From Malacoraja senta (lineage: Eukaryota), in contig CM075981.1 of assembly GCA_038087875.1 (NCBI GenBank), positions 992,001-1,056,000 on the forward strand: a stretch of DNA of 64,000 bases, in the 5' to 3' direction. How positions within the stretch are numbered: position 1 is the stretch's first letter; every line of letters starts with the position of its first letter. The position numbers and the translations under genes are program-made. The notes below the pieces were generated by a model, which did no database searches, was not told the DNA's origin, and saw only the letters and a list, made by a program, of their open reading frames with translations. Of this stretch, positions 1 through 13,480 are shown piece after piece.

Positions 1-2810
1 TCTCCTTTGACCCGCGGCCACCTGCTATTTCCGGCAGATTATTTATGTCTTCCTTAGTGAAGACGGAACCAAAGTAGTTATTCAATTGGTCCACCATATC
101 CTTGTTCCCCATGATCAATTCACCTGTTTCTGACTGCAAGGGACCTACATTTGTTTTAACTAATCTCTTTCTCTTCACATATCTATAAAAACTTTTGCAG
201 TCAGTTTTTATGTTCCCTGCCAGTTTCCTTTCATAATCTATTTTCCCTTTCCTAATTAAGCCCTTTGTCCTCCTCTGCTGGTCTCTGAATTTTTCCCAGT
301 CCTCTGGTATGCTGCTTTTTCTGGCTAATTTGTACGCATCATCTTTTGCTTTGATACTATCCCTGATTTCCCTTGTTATCCACGGATGCACTACCTTCCC
401 TGATTTATTCTTTTGCCAAACTGGGATGAACAATTTTTGTAGTTCATCCATGCAGTCTTTAAATGCCTTCCATTGCATATCCACCATCAACCCTTTTAGA
501 ACTAATTGCCAGTGAATCTTGGCCAATTCACGTCTCATACCCTCAAAGTTACCTTTCTTTAAGTTCAGAACCGTTGTTTCTGAATTAACAATGTCACTCT
601 CCATCATAATGAAGAACTCAACCATATTATGGTCACTCTTGCCCAAGGGGGCACGCACAACAAGACTGCTAACGAACCCTTCCTCATTACTCAATACCCA
701 GTCTAGAATAGCCTGCTCTCTCGTTGGTTCCTCTACATGTTGGTTTAGATAACTATCCTGCATACATTCCAAGAAATCCTCTTCCTCAGCACACCTGCCA
801 ATTTGATTCACCCAATCTATATGTGGATTGAAGTCACCCATTATAACTGTTTTGCCTTTGTTGCACGCATTTCTAATTTCCTGTTTGATGCCATCCCCAA
901 CTTCACTACTACTGCTAAGGTGGCCTGTATACAACACCTACCAGCGTTTTCTGCCCCTTAGTGTTTCGCAGCTCTACCCATACCGATTCGACATCCTCCA
1001 AGCTAATGTCCTTCCTTTCCACTGCGTTAATCTCTCTAACCAGCAACGCTACCCCACCTCCTTTTCCTTTCTCTCTATCCCTCCTGAATATTGAATATCC
1101 CTGGATGTTCAGCTCCCAGCCTTGGTCACCCTGGAGCCATGTCTCCGTGATCCCAACTATATCATAATCATTAATTGCTATCTGCACGTTCAACTCATCC
1201 ACCTTATTACGAATGCTCCTTGCATTCAGACACAAAGCCTTCAGGCTTGTTTTTACAACGCTCTTACCCCTTATACAATTATGTTGAAAAGTGGCTCTTT
1301 TTGATTTTTGCCCTGGATTTGTCTGCCTGCCACTTTTACTTTTCACCTTGCTACCTATTGCTTCCGCCCGCATTTTACACCCCTCTGTTTCTCTGCTCAC
1401 CCATTTAAGAACCCCACCACCTCTTATTCTCTGTTTATTAATGTTTTCTTCTTTCCCCCCTACATGTTGGGTCTGAGTGCTTTCCTTCTCTGCCTCCTGC
1501 CTCACACACTGTCTAATAGCATTCTCTATTTGAGTCCCTCTCCCCAACCATTCTACTTTAAAGACTCCCCAGTAGCCTTTGCAGATCTCCTCACCAGGAT
1601 ATCGGTCCCCCTCAGGTTCAAGTGCAACCCATCCTTTTTGTACAGGTCGAACCTTCCACAAAAGAGGTCCCAATGATCCAGAAATTTGAATCCCTGCCTT
1701 CTGCACCAGTCCTTCAGCCACGCATTTATCCTCCACCTCGCTCCTTTCCTACTCTCACTGTCGCGTGGCACAGGCAGTAATCCCGAGATTGTTACCTTTG
1801 CTGTCCTTCTCTTTAACTCCCCTCCTAACTCCCTAAATTCTCCTTTCAGGACCTCTTCTCTTTTTTTAACCTATGTCATTGGTACCTATATGTACCACGA
1901 CCTCGGGCTCCTCTCCCTGCCCTTTCAGGATATCTTGGACACGTTGAGACACATCACAGACCCTGGCACCAGGGAGGCAAACTACCATCCGGGTCTCCCG
2001 ACTGCGTCCACAGAATCGCCTGTCTGACCCCCTAACTATAGAGTCCCCTATTAGTATTGCCCTCCTCTTCTTTTCCTTACCCTTCTGAGCAACAGGGCCG
2101 GTCTCTATACCGGAGGCCCGGCCGTTGTCGCTACCCCCAGGTAGGCTGTCCACCCCAACAGTGCTCAAACAGGAGTACGTATTGTCAAGGTGTACAGCCA
2201 CCGGGGTACTCTCTCGTCCCTGCCTGTGCCCCTTGCCTCTCTCAACCGTGATCCACTTGCCTGCCTCCTGTGGTATTGGAGTGACCACATCCCTGTAACT
2301 CTTCTCAATGAGTTCCTCGCTCTCCCTGACCAGACGGAGGTCATCGAGCTGCTGCTCCAGGTTCCTAATACGGTCCATTAGGAGCCCCATCTCGATACAC
2401 CTGGCGCAGATGTGGACGTCTGGAGGGCTATCAGACTCCATGACTTCCCACATCTGACATCCAGAACAGTAAACTGCCCTGGCCCTCATACTCCCCTTAC
2501 CTAGGATACAATACAAAACAAACTGCTACAATACAAAACAAACTGCTACAATACAAAACAAACTGCTACAATACAAAACAAACTGCTACAATACAGTACA
2601 ATCAGCAGGGATCTGACTCCCAATCAGCTGCTCCCTCTTGTCTGCTTCCACCAATCAGCGGCTTCCTCAAGCCCACTTGTTTTTGAAGTGGAACTTGGAA
2701 CGTTGCCGATTTTGGCACTCTGTAAGGAACAAGCAAGCCCCGCGCTCCACTTTATCCCCTACCGCTCAGGTGTAGCTCCTCCCTCTGCGACAGCTCCAAC
2801 GGCTCTCAGG
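1..2810 (-). mobile_element. CR1-clade LINE, 5' portion (5' UTR, ORF1, start of ORF2 endonuclease), decayed; 3' end outside the window
   Basis: ORF1 pieces 1866-2516 and 1553-1771 show a Cys zinc-finger/coiled coil (CSGCQMW...CARC...LEQQLDDL) and an SGNH esterase (LIGDSIVR, VHIGTNDIG, DGLHL). The ORF2 APE start LCLNARSIRNK...GITETWL...GYSIFRRDR...VVYRPP is at about 915-1250. Stops and frameshifts are present. Confidence 0.92.
2507..2595. repeat. 20-bp tandem repeat (ATACAAAACAAACTGCTACA) x4 plus partial, in the CR1 5' UTR
   Basis: Exact copies at 2511, 2531, 2551 and 2571. Confidence 0.95.
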
Positions 2811-4860
2811 CCTCTGTTGGATTAATTATATATGTTGTATTAATTATATATGACATTAATTTCATATCCACTAAAAAATAATCAATTCTTGAATATGTTT
2901 TATGTACCGAAGAGTAAAACGAATATTCCCTTCCTGCTGGATTAGCAGATCTCCATACATCTGTTATATTAGTATTTTTTATATATGTATTTAGAAGTTC
3001 ACTAGTCTTAGATTTTAAATTACTCCTTCTTTGTTTTACTGATTTGTCTAAGTATGGATCTAAAACACAGTTAAAATCCCCACCTATTATCACATTTTTA
3101 TAATTAAACTCTAATATTATATCTATAATTTTATCAAAAAATTGAGGGTTATCAAAATTCGGAGCATAAATATTTACCATAGTTATTGGGGTAGCATAAA
3201 TTTCTCCCGAAACTATGATATACCTTCCCTCTTTATCTGATATAGTATTCTTTAATTTGAAAGAATTATGCATTAATCGAACATTTGTGTATATATATAA
3301 AATTATTTTCCCATGTAACCTTCGTAATTTTGAACATTAATTCCCGTTCCCACTCTTCTCTAAGTACCTCTGTCGATGATAGGTCTATATTTAAAATACT
3401 ATTATATAAATATGATATTAATTTCTGTGTCAGCCTTAATATTCATTGCTTCTTCCAGTAAATCAAAAGTTATTTTTTGATATCCTTGTATGTATTTCTT
3501 CATGAAATCGCAAATCTGAAGATATTTAAAATTTTGGTTATTTTTCAGTTTAAATTTTAATTGTAATTGTTGGAATGATAATAGATTTCCCATTTCATAC
3601 ATATCACTGGTCCTTTTAATTCCCATTCTTTCCCATTGGTTATATGTTTTATCAATAAGAGATGGTTTAAATAAAGGATTATTCGCTATTGACATTAACA
3701 ATGATAAATTTCTTCATTTTAGAGATAATTTTATTTGTTCCCAAATTCTTATTGTATCGTGTATAATTGGGTTCTTCTTATATATTGTGTTGTTCAGTTT
3801 TTTCGGGGAGAAGAGGATCGTTCCTATATTACAAGGAAAATAATCCTCTTTCTCCATTTTTATCCATTCTGTCTGTTGGGTAGAACTGTCCAACCAGTAA
3901 ATTATATTCTTAATATGCACTGCCCAATAGTAATACAAAAAATTCAGGACTGAAAGTCCCCCGACATCTTTTGGTTTACATAAGTATTTTTTTTTTATTC
4001 TGTGTGATCTATAATCCCAAATAAAATTAGTAATATTAGAGTCTAATTTAAAAAATATATATTTTGATATATATAATGGTATAGATTGAAATAGGTATAA
4101 TAATTGTGGTAGAAAGATCATTTTTATAGCGTTTATTCTATAGCGTATATAGCGTAATTACACCTATTAATGATAATGGGTTTTCCAAAATTTAATCAGC
4201 GTATTGAGTTTATTTAATAAAGGCATAAAATTAGCATTGAATAATGCTTTATATTTTCTAGTAATTTGAATACCCAAATATTTAAATTTTTCTGTTACAA
4301 TTTTAAAGGGGAACTTCAATAAGTGTGTAGATTCTTGAGGTTTTAACATCATGATTTCACTTTTATTCCAGTTTATTCTATATCCAGAAAAGGACCCAAA
4401 TTCCTCTATTAAATTTAATAAATTTGGTATGCTCGTTTGTGAATTTGTAATATATAGAAGTATATCGTCTGCATATAATGAAATTTTATTATTTGAGTCC
4501 CTAGTATTGTAACCCTGGATATTCGGATGAATTCTTATACTTTCAGCCAAGGGCTCTATCATAAGGGCAAATAGCAGGGGTGATAACGCACATCCCTGCC
4601 TATTGCCCCTTGATAATTGAAATTTTGGAGATAACATATTATTGGTTAACATTCTTGCCATCGGTTTATCATATAATAATTTTACCGAAGCAATAAAATT
4701 CTTTCCCATATTAAATTTTTGCAGTACTTTATATAAATACTGCCACTCTACCTGATCAAATGCTTTCTCTGCGTCCAGAGAAACAATTGATATATCTTCT
4801 TCCTCCGTTTTATGTGAGTACATTATATTAAACAGGCGTCTCAAATTATTAAATGAATGT
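2811..4860 (-). mobile_element. AT-rich L1-clade LINE ORF2 fragments (RT, C-terminal region, then endonuclease), decayed and rearranged
   Basis: RT motifs SLDAEKAFDQVEW, GNRQGCALSPLLF and LYADDILLY at 4167-4844. Post-RT LYLFQSIP...FIW...GGL at 3714-4121. Endonuclease NIYAPN, GGDFNCVLD and YSRIDYFLV at 2806-3273. Confidence 0.92.
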
Positions 4861-5672
4861 CCGTTTGATCAGGGTTTATCAATTTACTAATATATTTGCT
4901 TAATCTTCTTGCTAAAGTCTTTGCTAAAATGTTCTGGTCTGTATTTAAAAGTGATATAGCTCCACAACACTACCCAGAGGCCTGCCATTTACTCTGTAGG
5001 TCCTGCCCTTGTTCGACGTCCCAAAATGCAACACCTAACTCTTCTCTGTATTAAATTCCATCAACCGATGCTCCGCCCCCCAGGTCAATCGATCCAGATC
5101 CTGCTGCAATCATAGGGGTTATGTGGAGAAGGCAGGAGAATGGGGTTAGGAGGGAGAGATAGATGAGCCATGATTGAATGGTGGGGTAGACTTGATGGGC
5201 CGTATCACTTATGCCTGATGACCGTATTACCAAATATTCCTCACTCGTGCCAGGTTTTTGACTCTTTTCACCATTTTCATTACTCTAAGAACATTAATTT
5301 TTTGTTTGAAATGTGCTGAGAAAATTTGAAACTCGAGAGTTAATATGCAAGATCAGTGAGGTTTCATACCCAATGTCTTGCTGAATTCTTCCTCATTTAT
5401 GTTCCTCATAACGTTTCTACTTAAACGTTATTTTGCAATGAAGAGGAAGAGCTGAGCGAGTTACGTGTGACAATAAACTTAACTAGCTAATTAACTAACA
5501 AAAACCTTCAAAATGTAAATTAACAATTAGTGCTAAAAACATTTTTGATATAGTCTAGTCCTTGTGCAAAGTGCCAATATATGCTTGATTGTTATCATGG
5601 ACAAAAGAGGGATTGGAGGGGATGACTGTGGTGAAAAAGGTCCTTTATTAAGTTGGCTGCTATCTTGAGGCA

Positions 5673-5932
5673 GGGTGGCACAGTGACACAGCGGTAGAGT
5701 TGCTGCCAGACACCTGGGATCAATCCTGACTACGGAGATTGTACGTTCTCCCAGGGACCACGTGGGTTTTCTCTGGGTGCTCTGGTTTCCTCCCACATTC
5801 CAAAGACGTGCAGGTTAATTGGCTTCTTAAATTGTACCTAGTGTGCACGATAGAACTAGTGTATGGGTGATTGCTGGTCAGAGCGAACTTAGTGGGGCAA
5901 AGGGCATGTTTCCATGCTGTAACTAAACTAAA
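5673..5932 (+). mobile_element. HE1-like tRNA-derived V-SINE
   Basis: A-box-like TGACACAGCGGTAG head, central GTGGGTTTTCTC...TTTCCTCCCACA core and (AAACT)n tail. The same family recurs more than 20 times in the window. Confidence 0.8.
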
Positions 5933-6734
5933 CATGACAGGAACAAGCCCTCGGGCCAATAATGTCCCTGCCAAACATAATGCCAGGAACCAGGCCATCT
6001 CATAGATGAACTGAGGCCCAGGCCAATTTTAATTTCAGAATTTCAAGCAGAAGCCCCTCAATTTTAGATGTCCCCAAATCAAGATCCCTTTGAAGCAGAC
6101 AGGCATGAGGCCCATGCCAAATGGCACTCATTGCCCCCCCCCCCCCCCTCTGATAGGGCTTGACCTGAACAAACCCTTATCTGGCTGCACATAATCCATA
6201 TCCTTCCAGCCCTGCACCTCTATGTACTTATCTAAAAGTCTCTTACATCACACCCTCATGTTCATTTCCAACAGGTTTGAAGAAGCTGTTCCTGAAATTG
6301 GTGGAGTAGAATTTCAAGCTTTTATATCTTCTGCCTGGATGGGAGAGGGGAGAAGAGGGGTCGGCTGGGGTGAAAAAGGTCCTTAATTATGTTGTCTGCT
6401 TTCTTGAGGCATCGTGAGGTATAGATGGCTCAATGCAGTGCATCTATAGAATCTATACCATAGATAGGTGATGTTTCGGGTCGGGGCCCTTCTTCAGACC
6501 CGTCAAAATGTAGAAACAAGGAACCGAAGATACTGGTTTACACAAAAGACACAAAGTGCTGGAGTAACTCAGTGGGATAGACAGCATACCTGGAGAACAA
6601 ATAGACAAAATTAACTGCAAAAGCTGGTTGACAAAAAGAGCAAGCAGTTGTGTTTGCCTCACCACAGATAGAGCATTAATTAACTTGACACATTGCTCAA
6701 CAATTGACTTCCAAGAAGAACACAGTTTTGCAAA

Positions 6735-8078
6735 GTCAAGACCTCTGAAGTCATGAAGACATTCGAAAGGCTTGTGCTGGCCAAGCTGAAAAATATCACA
6801 AACTCCCTTCTGGATTCTCTGCAGTTTGCATATCGGGCCAATAGATCTGTGGATGATGCAGTCAACCTGGACCTGCACTTCATCCTACAGCACCTAGACC
6901 GCCAGGGGACCTATGCGAGGATCCTGTTTGTTGATTTTAGCTCTGTATTCTACACCATTGCGCCAGAGCTACTACACTCCAAACTTTCTGAGTTGACTGT
7001 GCCTGAACCCCATCTGTCGATGGATCACCAGCTTCCTGACAGACAGGAAGCAGCATGTGAGGCTGGGAAAACACATCTCGGACCCGCAAATGCTCAGCAT
7101 AGGAGCACCGCAAGGCTGCGTACTCTCTCCTCTCCTCTACTCTCTCTACACCAACGACTGCACCTCTACAGACACCTCTGTCAAGCTTCTGAAGTTTGCG
7201 GACGACTCAACCCTGATTGGACTGATCCAGGATGGGGAGGAATCTCCCTACAGACAGGAAGTATCACAGCTGGCGTCCTGGTGCCGTCGCAACAACCTAG
7301 AGCTCAATGCTCTTAAGACAGTGGAATTGCTTGTAGACTTTAGGAGAGCTCCCCCTCCCCTCACCCCACTCACCATCAACAACACCACAGTCACATCTGG
7401 AGTATTTTAAGTTCCTGGGAACCATCATCTCCAAGGACCTTAAGTGGGGGGCGACCATCGACTCCACAGTCAAAAAGGCACAACAGAGGATGTACTTCCT
7501 ACGGCAGCTGAGGAAGCACAATCTGCCACAGGCAATGATGGTCCAATTCTACACGGCCATCGTAGAGTCTGTTCTCACCTTCTCCATCATGGTCTGGTTT
7601 GGCTCAGCCACCAAGCACGACACCTGGAGGCTGCAGCGAATCGTCCGATCAGCAGAGAAGGTTATTGGTTGCAACCTTCCCTCCATTGATGAACTGTACA
7701 CTGCAAGGGTCACGAAGCGAGTGGGCAAGATCATCTCTGACCCCGCTCACCCTGGCCACAAACTCTTTGAATCACTTCCCTCTGGAAGGCGACTCCGGAT
7801 TGTCAAAGCTGCCACAGCCAGACATAAAAACAGTTTTTATCCACGAGTAGTTGCTCTACTCAACAGCCAAAAATCTGTATCCTCCCTTTGATCTGGTATT
7901 TTGTTGGTTCACATGCTTGATCAATGGTGTTTTATCATTAATGTTTTATTATTATTAATGTTTAGTGTTTTCTGAGTCATTCGTAACTGTTACTGTATGT
8001 CATGTTGTTACTTGTGGGCAGAGCACCAAGGCAAATTCCTTGCATGTGAATACTTGGTCAATAAACTTACTTACTTAT
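6735..8078 (+). mobile_element. Rex1/Babar-like LINE, 5'-truncated RT plus 3' UTR, frameshifted
   Basis: MKTFERLV...LQFAYRANRSVDDAV, GAPQGCVLSPLLYSLYTND, KFADD and HPGHKLF..LPSGRR are spread over three frames. Ends in AATAAA plus (ACTT)n. The same 3' UTR recurs at about 31080-31195 and 40440-40565. Confidence 0.85.
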
Positions 8079-9112
8079 TAAATTTGATCTTTATCTAAGC
8101 AAGATAATGAGAACAATTTTGTGATCAACACGTCCACACTATATAACATTAACAAACAATTGTTCCTTCCTATTTTTTCTAAGTTGCTTCATACGTTTGT
8201 TGTTTGGCCAATAAAATGTAATAATAAAAAATGTAACGCATTACATTATGTTTAAGAAAGAACTGCAGATGCTGGCAAAATCGAAGATGGACAAAAATGC
8301 AGGAGAAACTCAGCGGGTGAGGCAGCATCTATGGAGCGAAGGAATCGGCGACGTTTCGGGTCGAGACCCTTCTTCAGACTTATTTTATGGTCAGTATTGC
8401 AAGTGGCAATATAAACTGGAAGGTACAAAAACAAGGCTTCTGCAGAATGTTTAATAGCCAAGTTCCTTGAAAGTTCCTGAGCAGATTGGGAATCTGGTTG
8501 AAAAAATGAATTAACTCTGATACATAGAATATGAGTTTTTATGAAACTTTATGAAACATGCAAGAGCCAAAAAACTGCTCAAGGCACTCAATGCGTTAAG
8601 CGGAGTCTACAAGCTGAAATAAATTGTCAACATTTTGGGTCTAGACTGCACCAGGATACCTTCTTGCTTCAGATTCGAGCATCTACAGGTCTCGTGTACC
8701 TCCATTTATAAAAAATGAGTTTGGTCACAATTGTAGTCACCACTTTAGGAAGGTTGTGAAATTGTTAGAGAGGTCCAGAAGGGATTTAGAAAAAGTAACT
8801 TAGGAATGAAGGACTTTAGTCCGGTGGATAATTGATCTCCTGAGAACAGAGAAGGTTGCAAAGTGATCTGATGGAGATGTTTAAATCAAGGAAAAATACA
8901 AATGCCAAATGGAAGGCACAGTGGCATAGCGGTAGAGTTGCTGCCTTACAGCTACAGAGACCCAGGTTTGATCCTGGCAATGGGTGCTGTCTGCACTGAG
9001 TTTGTACGTTATCCCTCTAATCACGTGGGTTTCCTCCCATATTCCAAATACGTGCTGGTTTGTAGGTTTTAATATAACCCCAATGACCATATCTTTATAT
9101 TTTTAAATGGTT

Positions 9113-9321
9113 AAGAAGGAACTGCAGATGCTGGAAAATCAAAGGTAGACAAAAATGTTGGTGAAACTCAGCGGGTGAGGCAGCATCTATAGAGCGAAGG
9201 AAATAGGCGACGTTTCGGGTCGAGACCCTTCTTCAGTCTGAAGAAGGGTTTAGGCCCAAAACGTTGCCTATTTCCTTTGCTGCGTCACCCGCTGAGTTTC
9301 TCCAGCATTTTTGTCTACCTT
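9113..9321. repeat. Head-to-head palindromic pair of Penelope pseudo-LTR units
   Basis: Inverted arms meet at CCCTTCTTCAG-T-CTGAAGAAGGG, centred on 9237. Confidence 0.85.
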
Positions 9322-10021
9322 TGTTAATTGGTTATATGGTTAACTCATTGGTTATATGGTTAACTATGTTACATGTGACAATAAACTAAACTAACATACT
9401 AGGTTATTTGACTTCTGTAAATTGGCTCTAGTGTGTAAGATAGAACTAGTGTATGGGTGATTGTTGGTCGGCACAGACTCGGTGGGCCAAAGGGCCTGTT
9501 TCCGCACTGTAACTCTAAACATAAAAGTAAAAGTAGAACTAAAACTGACACAAAAATTAGTTTCTAGCTTAGCATAGATTCTAATAAATATATAAGGTTT
9601 GTGTACAACACATGGCCTGGAGAGAATGGATGTGAAGAGGATGTTTCCACTAGGAGATTTAGGACCAGAGGCCACAGCCCCAGAATAAAAGGACGTAATT
9701 TAGAAAGGGGATGAGGAGGAATTTCTTTAGTCAGAGGATGGTGAATCTGTGGAATTCATTGCCACAGAAGGCTGTGGAGGCCAAATCAATGAATATTTTT
9801 AATGCGGAAATTGATAGATTCTTGATTAGTACGGATGCCAGAGTTTATGGGAAGAAGGGAGGAGAAAAGGGTTGAGAGGGAAAGATAGGTCAGCCATGAT
9901 TGAATGGTGGAGTAGACTGGATGGGCCAAATGGGCTAATTCTGCTCCTATCACGTGAACTTATGAACATGAGTTTAAATATGTTTCTGATGTGGTCCTTT
10001 CAATAATGATGTATTTTCTAG

Positions 10022-10068
10022 AATCGAAAGGCAAGAGATCTCACAGAGAAGATAACAATGAAACCCAG
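10022..10068 (+). CDS. Gene A region: 47-nt juxtamembrane cytoplasmic exon, copy 1 (xSKGKRSHREDNNETQ)
   Basis: TTTTCTAG acceptor and GTAAGG donor. Same length, phase (1 to 0) and NNExQ ending as gene B exon 5 (33143-33189). Confidence 0.7.
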
Positions 10069-10874
10069 GTAAGGATGTGAAGTGTGAATTGTCTGAATGT
10101 TTGAGAATATATAAACTAATATTATGTAGCATAACACAGGCCATTCAGCCCCACTAGTCCACTTCAACGTTAATACTAAACACCAATCGCTATGCATCCT
10201 TCTTCATCAAACCCCATCAACATCAACAAGGGTGGGACAGCTGGTAGAGCTGCTGCCTCACAGCGCCAGAGACCCAGGTTCGATCCTGACCTCGGGTGCT
10301 GTCTGTGTGCAGTCTTTACATTCTCCCTGCGACCACGTTTCCTCCAGGTGCTCTGGTTTCCACCCACATCCCAAAGACGTGTGGGTTTGTAGGTTAATTG
10401 GCTTCTGCAAATTGCCCCGAGCTTTTCGAGATGAGAAAACGGGATAACATAACATAATTCTTTATGGCTCTATATCACTGAGGTTCGATTAAAAACATCT
10501 CAAAGATTTCCAATGAGGTAGATGAGAGGTCAGGACAGCACTGAAGCTGATGTGTGGGACATCTTTTACCCAGGGGATAAAATGTTCCTAAATTACATCA
10601 ACAATGCTCAGAATTGTCTTTCCCTTGTGATAACGCATCCTCAGTAAATGCCCCTCTGATCTCTCGGGGCGACACGGTGGCACAGTGTATGCCCCGAGGG
10701 ATCTGAGACCCTGGTTCGATCCTGACTATTGGTGCTGTCTGTACGAAATTTGTACATTTTCCCCGTGACCACGTGGATTTTCTCCAAGTTCTTCGGTTTT
10801 CTCCGACACTCCAAAAACGTAGAGGTTTGTAGGTTAATTGGCTCGGTAAATTGGTTAATTGGCTTGGGAACACG

Positions 10875-11075
10875 CGGTATCCACGAGGACTTAGGCCTTC
10901 CGTGAACGCTGGTCGCCGCGGGAGGTAGAGTGTTTTGTTGACAAAGATGGCGATATACTCATTTGATGATCGTTTGTTTGTAAATTGTCAACATGGGCAG
11001 TCTTGGATTGTGTTAATACTCTGTATGTTTGTTTTTATTTTTTGAATAAAAGTATTTGTATAATAATAAAAAAAC
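10875..11075 (+). mobile_element. Tx1/L1-like LINE 3' end with A-rich tail
   Basis: Encodes AFRERWSPREVECFVDKDGDILI*, followed by AATAAA and an A-rich tail. A homologous inverted copy lies at about 51025-51215. Confidence 0.6.
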
Positions 11076-11179
11076 ACCTTGGACTGCACTCAGGGCTGAG
11101 CTGCGGCCACAGAGTGCTAGAGTAACTTAACGGGTTAGGCTACATCTGTGCAGGGAATGAATAGGTGACATTTAGGGTC

Positions 11180-11975
11180 AAGTTCAAGTTCAAGTTCACA
11201 TTTATTGCCACACGCATCAATTATGGTACAGTTAAATGTTATTTTCCATGCAGCCACACAATCAAAAAGAGCACAATACACAATAGAATACAACTTGAAC
11301 ATCCACCACAGTGGAATCAACATTCTTCACTGTGATGGAAGGCAATAACGTTCAGTCAGTCCTCCTCCTTTGTTCATCCGTGGTCGGGGCCATGCAGCCG
11401 CCACTACGGACGGCCCGATGTACAGGCCCTCTCTTCAGGATGCTCGAAACTCCGACGTCGGGACAGACGGACACTCCGCGGCTTGGAGGTCCCGAATCGG
11501 CCGCTTCCTACCGGATGTTATATGCCGCAGGCCGGCGGTCGGAGCTCTTCTCCGGCGATCCCCGGCGAGGGATCCCAGACTCCGCTAGAAGCTCCGCAGA
11601 CCGCGGCTTCAGGATGTTATAATCCGCGGGCCAGAGATTGGAGCACTTCTTCTGGTGATCCCCGGCAAGGGATCGCCCGGCTCCGCGATGGAAAGTCCGC
11701 ACTGCGCCCGCTGCTGAAGCTCTGGGCCCAACTCCGGGGGAGGCCGCTCCAATCTAAGCTGTTAGCCCATGAGGGAGGGTGAAAATGCGACTAGGAGAAA
11801 AGTCACATTCCACCGAGATAAGTGACTGAAAAACGGTTTCCCCCCTATTCCGCGCCCCAACCTCCCCACCCCCCCCCCCCACCCCCACACATAAATACAC
11901 TAAATCACACTAAAAACAAAAAAGTCGAAAGGACGGACAGCTGCTAGCGAGGCTGCCGGCTCGCGTCGCCACCCG
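11180..11975 (-). mobile_element. GC-rich ~0.8-kb non-autonomous retroelement with (AACTTG)n tail
   Basis: Homologous end to end with 27438-28270 (+) and partly with 13865-14270 (-). Confidence 0.7.
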
Positions 11976-12202
11976 ATGGTCACAACCGTTCTTCAAATAG
12001 TATCTGTGTGGGAAGGAACTGCAGATGCTGGTTTAAACCGAAGATAGACACAAAATGCTGACGTAACTCAGAGGGACAGGCAGAGAGAAGGAATGGGTGA
12101 TGTTTCGGGTCGAGACCCTTCTTCAGACTATTCTATATTGCCCCTAAGTATTCAAAATTTATCACCTCATTTCTCTGCAATAAAAGAATCTGCCATATGT
12201 CT

Positions 12203-13480
12203 AGGAAGGAATTGCAGATGCTGGTTTCACCTAGACCACAGCTAACAAATGTTTTTATCCAGCCCACAGCTAACATGGTTTTAACCAAAACCACAGCTAA
12301 CAATAGTTTTTTTCATCTAGACCCCAGCTATTTACAATTTATATTAATGAGCTGGATGAGGGAATTGAAAGCAACATCTCCAAGTTTGCGGATGACACTA
12401 AGGTGGGGGGCAGTGTTAGCTGTGAGGAGGGTGCTAGGAGACTGCAAGGTGACTTGGATAGGCTGGGTGAGTGGGCAAATGTTTGGCAGATGCAGTATAA
12501 TGTGGATAAATGTGAGGTTATCCACTTTGGTGGCAAAAACGGGAAGGCAGACTATTATCTAAATGGTGGCCGATTAGGAAATGGGGTGATGCAGCGAGAC
12601 CTGGGTGTCATGGTACACCAGTCATTGAAAGTAGGCATGCAGGTGCAGCAGGCAGTGAAGAAAGCGAATGGTATGTTGGCTTTCATAGCAAGAGGATTTG
12701 AGTATAGGAGCAGGGAGGTTCTACTGCAGTTGTACAGGGTCTTGGTGAGACCACACCTGGAGTATTGCGTACAGTTTTGGTCTCCAAATCTGAGGAAGGA
12801 CATTATAGCCATAGAGGGAGTGCTGAGAAGGTTCACCAGACTGATTCCTGGGATGTCAGGACTTTCATATGAAGAAAGACTGGATAGACTTGGCTTATAC
12901 TCGCTAGAATTTAGGAGATTGAGAGGGGATCTTATAGAAACGTACAAAATTCTTATGGGGTTGGACAGGCTAGATGCAGGAAGATTGTTCCCGATGTTGG
13001 GGAAGTCCAGGACAAGGGGTCACAGCTTAAGGATAAGGGGGAAATCCTTTAAGACCGAGATGAGGAAAAACTTTTTCACACAGAGAGTGGTGAATCTCTG
13101 GAACTCTCTGCCACAGAGGGTAGTTGAGGCCAGTTCATTGGCTATATTTAAGAGGGAGTTAGATGTGGCCCTTGTGGCTAAGGGGATCAGGGGGTATGGA
13201 GAGAAGGCAGGTACGGAATACTGAGTTGGATGATCAGCCATGATCATATTGAATGGCGGTGCAGGCTCGAAGGGCCGAATGGCCTACTCCTGCACCTATT
13301 TTCTATGTATCTATGTATCTATTCATTTGTTCTATATCTCTCTATATCACCGTCTATATCTCTCGTTTCCCTTTCCCCTGACTCTCAGTCTGAAGGGTCT
13401 CAACCCAAAATATAATCTATTCCTTTTCTCCACAGATGCTGTCTGACCCGCTGAATAACTCCAGCTTTTTATGTCTACCT
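12203..13480 (+). mobile_element. Composite: Penelope 3' piece/pLTR containing a CR1 3' RT fragment (about 12320-13320)
   Basis: Flanked by the direct repeat TCTGCCATATGTCT (12189-12202 and 13481-13494). ORF 12403-13224 is the CR1 ORF2 C-terminus (RPHLEYCVQFWSP, RGDLIETYKI, FFTQRVVNLWNSLP). Confidence 0.85.

Noticed and set aside
5372-5455. Hydrophobic stretch NVLLNSSSFMFLITFLLKRYFAMKRKS as the gene A TM exon
   Set aside because: The hydrophobic run is too short, there are no convincing splice sites, and it does not resemble the gene B TM exon.
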